Below, piece by piece: positions 54,740 through 64,000 of a DNA stretch of 64,000 bases. Positions within the stretch are counted from its first letter, which is position 1. Every line of letters begins with the position of its first letter. Source of the DNA: Terriglobia bacterium (GTDB lineage Bacteria; Acidobacteriota; Terriglobia; 20CM-2-55-15). The notes under the pieces were generated by a model. It saw only the letters and a program-made list of their open reading frames with translations. It was not told the origin of the DNA and did no database searches. A program made the translations under genes and the position numbers. The stretch spans positions 768,012-832,011 of the forward strand of contig CBDAOY010000008.1 in NCBI GenBank assembly GCA_965198225.1. The letters are read 5' to 3'.

Positions 54740-56140
54740 ATGAAGCTCGAAAGGCGTACGATTCAAGGTAAATCGACCCATCCGGCAGGCAGAATCAGCG
54801 TCGTAGTCCTGCTGATCCTGGTGTCGGCCGTGCCGGCCGCGGCCCAACGGACGGAGCTCGAGCCCGGCTGGAACCTGTTTTCGCCGCAGGATGACGTCGA
54901 GATGGGTCGCCAGGTCGCGCGGGAAGCGGAAGAGCAGCTGGCGATTATCGACGACCGGGAGCTGGAGCGATACCTGGAGAGGCTGGGGCAGCAGCTGGCG
55001 GCCCAGGCGCCTGGTGAGAAGTATCCGTACCGGTTCAAGCTCGTCAACGACAAGACCGTCAACGCGTTTGCGCTCCCGGGTGGGTTCATTTACGTTCACC
55101 GGGGGATCGTCGAATTGGCGTCCCGCGAGGCCGAACTGGCCGGCGTGGTCGCCCACGAAATCGGTCATGTCGCGCTCCGGCACGGGACGAACCAGGCCTC
55201 GAAAGCCTACATCACACAGGCGCCCCTGGCGATCCTGGGTAGCGTGTTCGGCGGCGGCGGCGGTGTCGGGTCGATCCTGACACAGCTTGGCATCGGTTTC
55301 ACCGCGAATTCCATCTTCCTGAAGTTCTCCCGCGACGCGGAACGGCAGGCCGATCTCCTCGGCGCCCAGATCCTGTTCGACGCGGGCTACGATCCGACGG
55401 GGATGTCCGAGTTCTTCGAGAAGATGGAAGCTGAGCATGGAAACGGGGCCGAGTTCTTCAGCAGCCATCCCAACCCCGGCAACCGTCTCGAGAATGTCGG
55501 TAAAGAGATCCAGAAACTTGGGGACTCGCCGGGCCGGTACCGCGACAACTTTTCCGACTTTCGGAGAGTCAAGGCCCGTCTCGCCGACATTCCCGAGCCC
55601 GACCCCCGCGAACGTCGGAACCGGACGAGGGAGCGTACATCCAGGGACCGCCCCGACCGGCCTTCCGGCCGCTACGACCGCTATCAGGACCGAGATCTGA
55701 GTTTCAGCTACCCGGACAACTGGAGGGTCTATGAAGACCGAAACTCCCTCACCATCGCTCCCGACGGAGGGTTCATCTCCGGCCAAGGAGGTGGTCTCGC
55801 CTACGGAGTCGTGGTTTCGACTTTCGACCCGCGGCGCGACCGGCGCGGCCGCATAACGCTCGAAGAAGCAACCGATCAGTTGATTGAGGACTTGAGGATG
55901 TCCAACCCCGGCATACGCGTCGGCGCAGGCTACAGGCGCGGGCGACTGAGCGGCCGCGGAGCGCTGTCGGTCGTCATGATCGGGGATTCCCCTCTCGGTG
56001 GGTACGAACGCGACTGGATCGTAACGACATTTGCACCCGACGGTACGTTCTTCTACTTCATCGCCGTTGCGCCCGAGCCCGAATTCCGTACGTACGAGAG
56101 GACCTTCGAGGCGATCTTCGAATCGATACGATTCCGTTGA
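54740..56140 (+). CDS. M48-family zinc metalloprotease, secreted/periplasmic, with a C-terminal extension
   Basis: Signal peptide; HEXXH in ...VVAHEIGHVALRHG...; downstream EAEHGNGAEFFSSHPNPGNR is the third zinc ligand region. Confidence 0.75.
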   Translation: MKLERRTIQGKSTHPAGRISVVVLLILVSAVPAAAQRTELEPGWNLFSPQDDVEMGRQVAREAEEQLAIIDDRELERYLERLGQQLAAQAPGEKYPYRFKLVNDKTVNAFALPGGFIYVHRGIVELASREAELAGVVAHEIGHVALRHGTNQASKAYITQAPLAILGSVFGGGGGVGSILTQLGIGFTANSIFLKFSRDAERQADLLGAQILFDAGYDPTGMSEFFEKMEAEHGNGAEFFSSHPNPGNRLENVGKEIQKLGDSPGRYRDNFSDFRRVKARLADIPEPDPRERRNRTRERTSRDRPDRPSGRYDRYQDRDLSFSYPDNWRVYEDRNSLTIAPDGGFISGQGGGLAYGVVVSTFDPRRDRRGRITLEEATDQLIEDLRMSNPGIRVGAGYRRGRLSGRGALSVVMIGDSPLGGYERDWIVTTFAPDGTFFYFIAVAPEPEFRTYERTFEAIFESIRFR

Positions 56141-56169
56141 GACCGTGACAAGTGTCACGCCACGGGCTG

Positions 56170-56712
56170 CTAAAGCTTCTTGAACGTCCCGAACACAACA
56201 TCCCAAACGGGGGACGTCACGCCGTAACAATTCCTCTCATCGATGAAATGATGGTAGAAATGGCGCCTTCGGTGCCAATCGACCCCTTGTGAACGAGAGC
56301 TGACGTGTACGCTGTAGTGGACCCACTCGTAGTAGAGGAATCCCGCCCAGAGGCCCATCATCACGCCGGCAGCCGACAAGAGGCTGGCGGTCCACGCGTG
56401 CACGATGGCCAGGATCAGGGCAGAAATCGGAATGCTGAACAGCGGCCGCACCAGGATCTTGTTCGGATTCCTCGGATCGGCGTGATGGGCCAGATGAAAC
56501 TGGTAGACGAGTTTGCGCAGGCTCGGGTTGGAAGGGCTCCAGTGAAAGACGAATCGGTGGAGGCCGTACTCCAGAAGAGTCCAGATCACTAAGCCCGCTG
56601 GTCCCAGCCAGAGATAGTCGACGAAAGACCGCTGCCCCTCGACCTGAGTCGCAGAGTAAACAAGGATCGCCGCAGCCGAAGGATAGAACCAGAACGAGCA
56701 GAAGCGCACCAT
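56170..56712 (-). CDS. Fatty acid hydroxylase / sterol desaturase superfamily membrane protein
   Basis: Histidine boxes ...HRFVFHW..., ...HLAHHADPRN..., ...HHFIDERNCYG... Confidence 0.6.
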   Translation of the reverse strand: MVRFCSFWFYPSAAAILVYSATQVEGQRSFVDYLWLGPAGLVIWTLLEYGLHRFVFHWSPSNPSLRKLVYQFHLAHHADPRNPNKILVRPLFSIPISALILAIVHAWTASLLSAAGVMMGLWAGFLYYEWVHYSVHVSSRSQGVDWHRRRHFYHHFIDERNCYGVTSPVWDVVFGTFKKL

Positions 56713-56919
56713 TTCCTCAGATTATAGCTATCCGCATAGCCCACCGCGAACCGCCAGCCACTAGCCCGGATTATTCATGAATTGTCTACTGCAGCGGCGG
56801 ATACACTCGCAGATACGGCGTTGCGCTAACGGGCCGGCCTCGGCATTTGATCCAGACACCCCGTCCTCGCGCGCCTTGTCTCTGCCGCGTCTCCACCGCT
56901 TCGCGACGACAACCACGAA

Positions 56920-58044
56920 TTAGACCGGACAAAGCGCGCGACTCAGGTCTTCAATCAGGTCGTCGGGGTGTTCGAGTCCGATCGAGAGACGGATCAGGTC
57001 GTCGGGCGATGTGGCATCGGCGCCCTCACTCGTCGCCCTGTGTTCGATCAGGCTCTCGATGCCACCCAGAGATGTTGCCCGGATGAACAGGCGCGAACGA
57101 CCCACGATCGCGAGAGCGGCTTCCCTGCCGTCCCGAACCCGGAACGACAGCATCGCTCCGAATTCCGACATCTGGGCGGCGGCAAGCTCGTGGCCGGGGT
57201 GAGACTCCAGGCCCGGATAGTGGACCTCCGCGACGTTGGGATGCGACTCCAGCATTCGTGCGACCCTCAGCGCGTTCGCGCTTTGCAGAGGCATGCGGCA
57301 AGCGAGGGTCCGGATGCCACGCAGCACAAGCCAGGAGTTGAAGGGCGAGATGACGGCACCGAGAATGTGTCGGGCGCGCTCTATTGCCGAATGGAGTTCG
57401 TCGGCTTTCCGGAAGACGAGACAACCGCCAGCCACGTCGCTGTGTCCCCCGAAGTATTTCGTCGCGGAATGCAGGACGATGTCGGCTCCGACTTCGATCG
57501 GGCGCTGCAGGACGGGCGTCGCGAAGGTGTTGTCGACCAGTACGCGGGCACCCACCCTTCGGGCCGCGACCACGGCCTGCTCGAGATCGACGATCCTCAT
57601 TAACGGGTTTGACGGCGTCTCGACCCAGACCAGCTTCGTGTTGGCCCGGAGCGCCCGGCCGAGCCCATCCGCGTCGTCCATCGCTACGAAGTCGGATTCG
57701 ATGCCCCACTTCGAACAGAACTCCCGCGCGGCCACCGCGAACCCGTAGTACACGTCGTCGGGCATCACAACGTGGTCCCCGGGCTTGAGCACCTGGAGGA
57801 CTCCAACCCCGGCGGCCATGCCGGAAGCGAATGCCAGTGCCGTCGCTCCTCCCTCGAGGTCGGCGACCGCCTCCTCGAGGAAGACCTGATTCGGGTTCGA
57901 TTCCCGGATGTAGGTGTGGTCACTGAGGGGTTCCCCCTCCGCGTTGCGGCCGAAAGTTGTCGACAGGTGGATCGGCGGCACGATGTCCCCGCCCACCGGA
58001 TCCACAGGGGGACCGGCGTGGACGACACGAGTTGCGAATTTCAT
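56920..58044 (-). CDS. Cystathionine gamma-synthase/gamma-lyase family PLP enzyme (trans-sulfuration)
   Basis: ...VVHAGPPVDPVGGDIVPPIHLSTTF...; the PLP-lysine in ...LHSATKYFGGHSDVAGG... Confidence 0.8.
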   Translation of the reverse strand: MKFATRVVHAGPPVDPVGGDIVPPIHLSTTFGRNAEGEPLSDHTYIRESNPNQVFLEEAVADLEGGATALAFASGMAAGVGVLQVLKPGDHVVMPDDVYYGFAVAAREFCSKWGIESDFVAMDDADGLGRALRANTKLVWVETPSNPLMRIVDLEQAVVAARRVGARVLVDNTFATPVLQRPIEVGADIVLHSATKYFGGHSDVAGGCLVFRKADELHSAIERARHILGAVISPFNSWLVLRGIRTLACRMPLQSANALRVARMLESHPNVAEVHYPGLESHPGHELAAAQMSEFGAMLSFRVRDGREAALAIVGRSRLFIRATSLGGIESLIEHRATSEGADATSPDDLIRLSIGLEHPDDLIEDLSRALCPV

Positions 58045-58119
58045 ATCCTCTTTTCCTGCGTTCCTATCTGGTTACTGAGGAGTTCCGGCTAAAAGGCGAC
58101 AACCATCAGCCTCCGCCAT

Positions 58120-58821
58120 CTATCCGAGTTCCTCGACGCGTGGATCTTTGAGCTTCAGGATCACCGACACGGCGACGACGGCGTACAGCACGCAGGCGAT
58201 GATCAGCGGCCAGAGCAGCCAGGGAAACACGACGAACAGCTCCATCGAAACGTAGGCCTGGATGTAGCACAACGGTGCCATTCCCGCCAGCGTGCCCAGC
58301 ATCACCGCTGCCGTCGAGATGCTCGTCAGGCCGGCCGCGTAGGAAACGATGTCAGACGAAGTCAGCGGGTTCACGCGCAACAAGGTGATTGCCAGCAGAC
58401 CACGCCGCTGCAACAGTTCCTCATAGCGGTCCAATTCTCTCTTCGCGAAGAAGTCCCGGCTCCAAGCCTTGCCGACGAGGGTGCGCATCAGCAGACAGGA
58501 GATTCCCGCTCCGATGGTGTTGCCGATCAGGGAGAATGTTCCGCCCCAGAAACCTCCGAAGATGACCCCTCCCGGCAAGTAGAGGATGGTTCCGGGTATG
58601 GGCGCAACGACGACTTCGACGACGACAAAAAGGACGTACGCAAGCGGGGCGAGTGGACCCCATGCCTCGAAGGAGAGACGCAGGGCAACGAGTTTGGCCT
58701 CTGCGTCGACGTCTGGGTTCATCAGAGTGCCGATGATTCCACCGCTCCAGTAGGACCATGTGACCCACCCGGCCACCAGGCCCAGGCCGACGGCCGCCAG
58801 CAATCGGTGTCGCCTGCGCAT
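58120..58821 (-). CDS. DedA/TVP38/TMEM64 family membrane protein
   Basis: ...PIPGTILYLPGGVIFG... and ...LLRVNPLTSSDIVSYAAGLT... are SNARE-associated/DedA motifs. Confidence 0.7.
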   Translation of the reverse strand: MRRRHRLLAAVGLGLVAGWVTWSYWSGGIIGTLMNPDVDAEAKLVALRLSFEAWGPLAPLAYVLFVVVEVVVAPIPGTILYLPGGVIFGGFWGGTFSLIGNTIGAGISCLLMRTLVGKAWSRDFFAKRELDRYEELLQRRGLLAITLLRVNPLTSSDIVSYAAGLTSISTAAVMLGTLAGMAPLCYIQAYVSMELFVVFPWLLWPLIIACVLYAVVAVSVILKLKDPRVEELG

Positions 58822-59118
58822 GGAGATTCATTGTAGTGAAAGTGGTGTCCCGGCGGTGGTTTTTCAGCGCGACGGCTACCCGAAAATTCATGACACACCT
58901 AACCTTATGGAAAAACGAAACGTCTACGTGAGGTTGGGGTGGTTCGCGGCGAAGCCGGCCCGATCGTGCCGAGAAAGTCACGAAACCAAGCTGGATGAAA
59001 CACACCCTATTCCGGCCCCGCCAAATCAGTGGTTTAGCGGTCTTACGAGGCCGGTACATCTTTTTACAGGATCGATACAGCCTCGAAGATTCTCTGCGGC
59101 TCGACACGGCTATATTCG

Positions 59119-60762
59119 ATGGCGATGTCCTCGAAAACGAAGCTGATCTCCCTGGCGGTTGTCGCCGTCATGGTTCCGACAACGATACTGTCCGTTATCC
59201 AGTATCAGTCCCTCCAGGATCTTCAGAGCGCCACGAAACTGGCTGCGCAGCAGAGCCTCCGGCAGGTGTTGAACGGCGTTTCGGGCCGGGCAGAAGAGGA
59301 GTTAGTCTGGGTGGCGGAAAAGGCCGTCGCGGCCATCGACATCAAGGAAGTCAAGCGCGACAACATCCGCCTGATCGAGAGCCACTTCGAAGACGCGATC
59401 CGGGCGAATCTCGAGATCGAAGCACTCTGGCTTTCTTATGAGCCGGATTGTGAGGATGAAGAGTTCGTCGTCATGACAACAGCAAAGGGGTCGCTCCGGC
59501 AAACCTACCCGTGGCTGGCGCGAAACGAGTTCGTCCGGGACACTCGGCAGCTGTTTGAAACGACGAAGGCCAATGCTTATCCGGAAGGACGTGTGAGTCG
59601 GGAATTCTTCTTCGCGCACCTGTCTGAATGCGAGGGAGAATCATGCCGGAAAGGCCGGGACTTTCAGACGATCGTCTTTTATCCGCTCGTCTCTTCCGGC
59701 CAGTCTCTCGGTTTTGCCGCCGTATCGATCGAGTCGTCCTTCGTCACTGAAGTGTTGTTCGACAAGACGCTGCCGGGTGAGCTGGACGAGGAGCTCTCCT
59801 TCGCGATCTTCGACGAAAACCGGACGGAGCTCTACTCCACTCCGGACGCCTTGAAGAACTACGAGGTCGCCCTCTCGTTCGAGCCGGTCTTCCCGAAGTG
59901 GCGACTCGAAGCGGGCTTTCGCAATACCACGATCGACGCGATCGCCAGTGAAAACTTCGAAAAGAGCCTCGCCCTTTCATTGTTCGTCCTGTCGCTGCTG
60001 ATTCTCGGCATAGTTCTGACGCTCCGAGCCACCGCTCGCGAAATGCGCCTGGCGGAAGCCAAATCGACCTTCGTCTCGAATGTTTCCCACGAGCTGAAGA
60101 CACCCCTGGCCCTGATCCGGCTCTTTGCCGAGACGCTGGAACTGGGACGGGTTCGATCCTCAGACAAGGCCAGGGAGTATTACAGGATCATCAGCAACGA
60201 GAGCCGGAGGCTGACCCAACTGATCAACAACATTCTGGATTTCTCCAGAATCGAGGCCGGGCGGAAGGAATACCAGTTCGAAACCACCAATGTGGCGGAC
60301 GTCGTGCGGGAAGTCATCGAGACCTACCAGCACCCACTCGAGAACGCCGGGTTCGAGATCGTGACCGACATCGAACCCGACTTGCCGGCAGTCCGGATCG
60401 ACCGCGACGCAATTTCCCAGGCCGTCCTGAACCTGGTGAACAACGCGGTGAAGTATTCCGACGAAGTCAAACACATCGACATCCGCGTGCGATCCAGAGG
60501 TCCCTGCGTCGCCGTCGAAGTGGTGGACAAGGGCATCGGGATACCAGGCGCCGAGCAGGAGAAGATTTTCGAAAAGTTCTACCGCATCAGCACCGGCCTG
60601 GTTCACGACCGCAAGGGGAGCGGGCTGGGTCTTGCGCTGGTTAGACACATTGTCAAGGCTCACAGCGGTGAGATTGTAGTCGACAGCACCCCGGGACACG
60701 GAAGTCGGTTCACGGTCCTGATCCCGATGAACCTGGACTCAGGACTCGGGCAGGAAGCGTAA
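59119..60762 (+). CDS. Sensor histidine kinase (periplasmic sensing domain, HisKA, HATPase_c)
   Basis: H-box [21 protein letters not shown]; N, G1 and G2 boxes (...[10 protein letters not shown]..., ...DKGIGIP..., ...GSGLGLALV...). Confidence 0.8.
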   Translation: MAMSSKTKLISLAVVAVMVPTTILSVIQYQSLQDLQSATKLAAQQSLRQVLNGVSGRAEEELVWVAEKAVAAIDIKEVKRDNIRLIESHFEDAIRANLEIEALWLSYEPDCEDEEFVVMTTAKGSLRQTYPWLARNEFVRDTRQLFETTKANAYPEGRVSREFFFAHLSECEGESCRKGRDFQTIVFYPLVSSGQSLGFAAVSIESSFVTEVLFDKTLPGELDEELSFAIFDENRTELYSTPDALKNYEVALSFEPVFPKWRLEAGFRNTTIDAIASENFEKSLALSLFVLSLLILGIVLTLRATAREMRLAEAKSTFVSNVSHELKTPLALIRLFAETLELGRVRSSDKAREYYRIISNESRRLTQLINNILDFSRIEAGRKEYQFETTNVADVVREVIETYQHPLENAGFEIVTDIEPDLPAVRIDRDAISQAVLNLVNNAVKYSDEVKHIDIRVRSRGPCVAVEVVDKGIGIPGAEQEKIFEKFYRISTGLVHDRKGSGLGLALVRHIVKAHSGEIVVDSTPGHGSRFTVLIPMNLDSGLGQEA

Positions 60763-60770
60763 GGAAGGCC

Positions 60771-61451
60771 ATGCAGAAAGTTCTCGTCGTCGAAGATGAA
60801 CCGGACATGAGTCTGGGTTTGAAGGACAACCTGGAATTCGAGGGGTACGATGTCGCCGTCGCAAGCGACGGCCAGGAAGGGCTGGACCTGGCACAGGCAA
60901 GCCGTCCCGACTTGATTCTTCTGGACGTGATGCTGCCGAAGATGAGCGGCCTGGACGTCTGCCGCAGCTTGCGCAGCCTGGGGGCCGACATGCCGATCAT
61001 CATGCTGACGGCGCGCAGCCAGGAGGTCGACACGGTCGTCGGCCTGGAGGTCGGCGCGGACGACTACGTCACCAAACCTTTCAGCATCAAGGAACTGCTC
61101 GCCCGGGTTCGGGCCCAACTGCGTCGGGCCTCAAAGCAGGTCATCGAAGTCGATACTTATACATTTGGTGACGTCGAGCTTTTCTTCAAGAAACACCAGG
61201 CCCGGAAAGCCGGCCAACCGATCGACCTCTCTCCACGTGAATTCGACATGCTCAAATACTTCATCCGACACGCGGGCAACGCGATCAGTAGAGACGAGTT
61301 GCTCAACCATGTCTGGGGGTATACGAGCTTTCCTCTCACGCGCACGGTCGACAATCATGTCGCCAGGCTGCGTCAGAAACTGGAAAACACTCCTTCCGAG
61401 CCCAAACACATCATCACGGTCCACCGCGTGGGCTACAAGTTCGTCGAGTAG
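60771..61451 (+). CDS. OmpR/PhoB-family response regulator
   Basis: REC domain (...[17 protein letters not shown]...) plus a winged-helix C-terminus (...[11 protein letters not shown]). Confidence 0.85.
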   Translation: MQKVLVVEDEPDMSLGLKDNLEFEGYDVAVASDGQEGLDLAQASRPDLILLDVMLPKMSGLDVCRSLRSLGADMPIIMLTARSQEVDTVVGLEVGADDYVTKPFSIKELLARVRAQLRRASKQVIEVDTYTFGDVELFFKKHQARKAGQPIDLSPREFDMLKYFIRHAGNAISRDELLNHVWGYTSFPLTRTVDNHVARLRQKLENTPSEPKHIITVHRVGYKFVE

Positions 61452-61561
61452 GCCGTCAAGCTGGAGGTGCCGCGAGAGAGCCACTGTGAGGGGGACAGGG
61501 GTATAGCCCTGTCCCCGGGTTTTGACTACGCAGAAAAGTGGCGGAACGAACGGTACAGGCG

Positions 61562-62072
61562 GGTGTAGGTGCGCTCTATGAGCGCACGTGTTTCGATTTG
61601 AAGAGTGTGCGGTCATAGACCGCACCTACACGTATCGCAAATTGCGATATTTGAAAGAATCCACATTGCAGGTTGCTCATTGGAGATTGTTTTCATTTCA
61701 GATTTCCGACCAATAAGAAATCGAGCAATTTGCAATCTCCAAATTTCCACTGCGGAATCGTCCAGTGACCAATCTGCAATGGCTGTCGGACGAGGTCCCC
61801 AGCCACCTCACTCGATCGAGTAGAGTGTGCGGTCATAGACCGCACCGACACCTATCGCAATTGCGAGATTTGAAAAGAATCCACATTGCAGGTTGCTCAT
61901 TGGAGATTGTTTCATTTCAGATTTCCGACCAATAAGAAATCGAGCAATTTGCAATCTCCAGATTTCCAATGCGGAATCGTCCAATGACCAATCTGCAATA
62001 GCTGTCGGACGAGGTCCCCAGCCATCTCCCTCGATCGAGTAGAGTGTGCGGTCATAGACCGCACCTACACGT
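61562..62072. repeat. Tandem repeat: two roughly 220-bp low-GC units, each bounded by the hairpin GAGTGTGCGGTC-ATA-GACCGCAC(C)TACAC(G) (three hairpin copies at 61603, 61823, 62042) and preceded by a variant hairpin at 61562
   Basis: Unit period 220/219 bp with about 95% identity between units; GC content well below the window average. Confidence 0.75.
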
Positions 62073-62102
62073 CATGCAGCGATACAGGCCGGGATTGCCG
62101 GG

Positions 62103-64000
62103 TTACTTGGGGTCCTGGTTCCACCAATACTGTTCCGGTAATTTCTTCTCTTCCGGCCAGATCTGATCCAGCGTGTCTCCCTCGAAGATTTCGCCGTTCT
62201 TCATGACGTAGCGGATCGAATTCGTGTTCCGGATGTCCTCGAGCGGGTTGCGATCCAGGACGACGAGGTCGGCGAGTTTTCCGGCCTCCAACGAACCGAC
62301 GTCCTGCCGGTAGCCGATAGCCTCGGCGCCGAATATCGTTGCGACCCGCAGCGCGTCGTGGTTAGGCATCCCTCCCGACTGCATCGACCACAACTCCCAG
62401 TGATAGCCGATGCCTTGCATCTGGCCGTGGCTGCCCACTCCGGCCCGTCCTCCGGCCGCGACGATGTCGGCGACCCCTTTCGCGATCCCTTTATGGCCGT
62501 ACTCTTCTGGAAGGAACCACTGGCCCCGTCTCCGAACCATGCTGTCGAGCAGTTCGTGAGGGATGAAGCGACGGAGTTTCATGTCGCCGTGCACATCGGT
62601 TGTCTCGAAGAAATGGTTCTCCGTCCACGGAGCGCCGTAGGCAACCAGAGTCGTCGGGGTGTAGAAGGTCCTGGTGCCAGCGACGAATCGGGCCACATCG
62701 TTGTAGAGCGGCTGGATCGGCAGGCTGTGCTCCAGACCCGTGAAACCGTCCGACATTTGCGATAGGTCGAGCTTCATGTCGAGGCCGCCCTCCGTGGTGG
62801 GCATGATGCCGAACTCGCGGGCTGCCATGATCACCCACTGACGGACGATGCGGTCGCCCGACATGTACGCCTTGATCGTCGGCGTCCGGTAGGCCTCCTT
62901 GTAGCGCATGATGAAGTCGCGGGTCGCTTCTTTGTCGTCGAGCCCGGAACGCGAGAAGACGCCGGGGCCGGTCGCGAAAACCCGCGGCCCGAGGATTTCT
63001 CCGGTTTCGACAAGGTCGCTGTAGGAGAAGACATCGGTCGTCGACGTCTGAGGGTCCCGGGTGGTCGTCACTCCGTAGGCGAGGTTGGCCAGGTACTGCC
63101 ACACCTGTGTCTGGTGTACGCCACGCGGCGCCCACATGTGGGCGTGGGTGTCGACGAGTCCAGGGATGATGAACTTTCCGCTGACCTCGATCTCTTCCGT
63201 TCCCGCCGGTACTGGAAGGGTTCCACGGGCGCCGACCCCGACGATTCGGTTTGCCGTGACGAGGATTTCCCCATCTTTGATGACTTGATCGTCGCGCATC
63301 GTGATGATGCTGGCGCCGCGGAGCACGACGCTCCCGGAAGGCCGCGCCCGGGTAGCTTCGATCACCGCGACCGAGACTTCCGGAAACGCAGAATCCGGCC
63401 GGCGCCGGTAGAATGTGTCTCCGAGAGCCCAGGTCAACCACTCCCCGTCCTTGCTCCAGCCAAGATAATCGCCACCCTCTGCGGAGAGTTTGGTGACCGG
63501 CACGTTAGCCGAGTCCTCTCCGGCGATACTGATCCGTATGGTCTCCTTGCCTGCGGAGGGAACCGAGATCAGGTAGTGCTTATTCTGCAGGCTGACGAAC
63601 GCCCTCATTCCGTCCGGAGAGATGTGAATCTGCTCGGCCGTCGGCTTGTTCGGTCCGGCTCCGGTTCCACTGATCCGGAAGTGTGTTTTTCGGTCCAGCC
63701 CGTCCAGTCGCAGAGAGCCCAGACCGCTGTTGGACGTGAAGTAGACGCGCTCAGGGTCGCTCGTGAAATGCGGAAAACGACCTCCCTGAGTTCCCGCGAT
63801 CAGGGTGGAATCGCCTCCCGAGGAGGGAATCCAGCGCAGGTCCAATCCGCTGCCGCGTGGAATGCCGCCGATTTCTCCAGCCCCGGAGCCGTCGTCGTAG
63901 GGTAGGTCCGGCTCCTGTTGTTGGAGATCGGAAAAGAGCTGACCCGCCGTCGAGCCGGAAATGAACACGATCTTTTCGCCGTCGGGCGAGTAAACCGGGT
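62103..64000 (-). CDS. Amidohydrolase-family (metal-dependent hydrolase) protein with an N-terminal TolB-like beta-propeller region; N-terminus lies outside the window
   Basis: ...GLVDTHAHMWAPRG... metal-binding motif and other amidohydrolase blocks; upstream half has beta-propeller-like repeats; the open frame continues to the window edge. Confidence 0.6.
   Translation of the reverse strand, partial: PVYSPDGEKIVFISGSTAGQLFSDLQQQEPDLPYDDGSGAGEIGGIPRGSGLDLRWIPSSGGDSTLIAGTQGGRFPHFTSDPERVYFTSNSGLGSLRLDGLDRKTHFRISGTGAGPNKPTAEQIHISPDGMRAFVSLQNKHYLISVPSAGKETIRISIAGEDSANVPVTKLSAEGGDYLGWSKDGEWLTWALGDTFYRRRPDSAFPEVSVAVIEATRARPSGSVVLRGASIITMRDDQVIKDGEILVTANRIVGVGARGTLPVPAGTEEIEVSGKFIIPGLVDTHAHMWAPRGVHQTQVWQYLANLAYGVTTTRDPQTSTTDVFSYSDLVETGEILGPRVFATGPGVFSRSGLDDKEATRDFIMRYKEAYRTPTIKAYMSGDRIVRQWVIMAAREFGIMPTTEGGLDMKLDLSQMSDGFTGLEHSLPIQPLYNDVARFVAGTRTFYTPTTLVAYGAPWTENHFFETTDVHGDMKLRRFIPHELLDSMVRRRGQWFLPEEYGHKGIAKGVADIVAAGGRAGVGSHGQMQGIGYHWELWSMQSGGMPNHDALRVATIFGAEAIGYRQDVGSLEAGKLADLVVLDRNPLEDIRNTNSIRYVMKNGEIFEGDTLDQIWPEEKKLPEQYWWNQDPK

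Noticed and set aside
61562-62072. CRISPR array or integron attC array
   Set aside because: Only two long (220-bp) near-identical units are present, with no short repeat-spacer periodicity. There is no integrase or cas gene nearby.

Overview
High-GC (about 65%) bacterial chromosomal window with an unusually heavy load of small mobile DNA. Coordinates for hand-located repeats are accurate to about ±3 nt. Housekeeping and accessory genes: a lutA-lutB fusion plus lutC; a PQQ-dependent sugar dehydrogenase; a Na+-type ABC-2 exporter with a CPBP-fused permease and a DMT transporter; an aldo-keto reductase; a fimU/pilVWX-like minor-pilin operon co-transcribed with a GT2/GT-C glycosylation module; a sirtuin (cobB); a DUF1800/DUF1501 pair; PCD (pterin-4a-carbinolamine dehydratase); a Tat-signal ICL/PEP-mutase family protein; an SplB-like radical SAM protein; a beta-lactamase-fold hydrolase; an EAL-HDOD protein; a GatC/AtzG-like small protein coupled to an amidase; FGGY kinase plus 6-phosphogluconate dehydrogenase; an SMR (sugE/gdx) gene; an Aas-like tri-domain acyl-ligase/carrier/PlsC fusion; an ammonium transporter; a Na+-translocating acyl-CoA decarboxylase operon; an ECF sigma factor and zinc-finger anti-sigma factor followed by a duplicated ABC-2 exporter; a two-component system; and a trans-sulfuration enzyme. 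Mobile and repeat content: one IS5-family (IS427-group) element with a programmed frameshift; an IS21 remnant (istA fragment plus istB) beside an aminotransferase fragment; at least four families of MITE/REP-like elements (CTAG...CTAG elements sharing a roughly 210-bp core, GACTCCCCTCC...GGAGGGGAGTC elements, GGCCTACG elements, and two small inverted-repeat elements); a hexanucleotide tandem repeat inside a pseudopilin gene; and a low-GC 220-bp tandem repeat bounded by hairpins. No rRNA, tRNA or CRISPR arrays were recognised.
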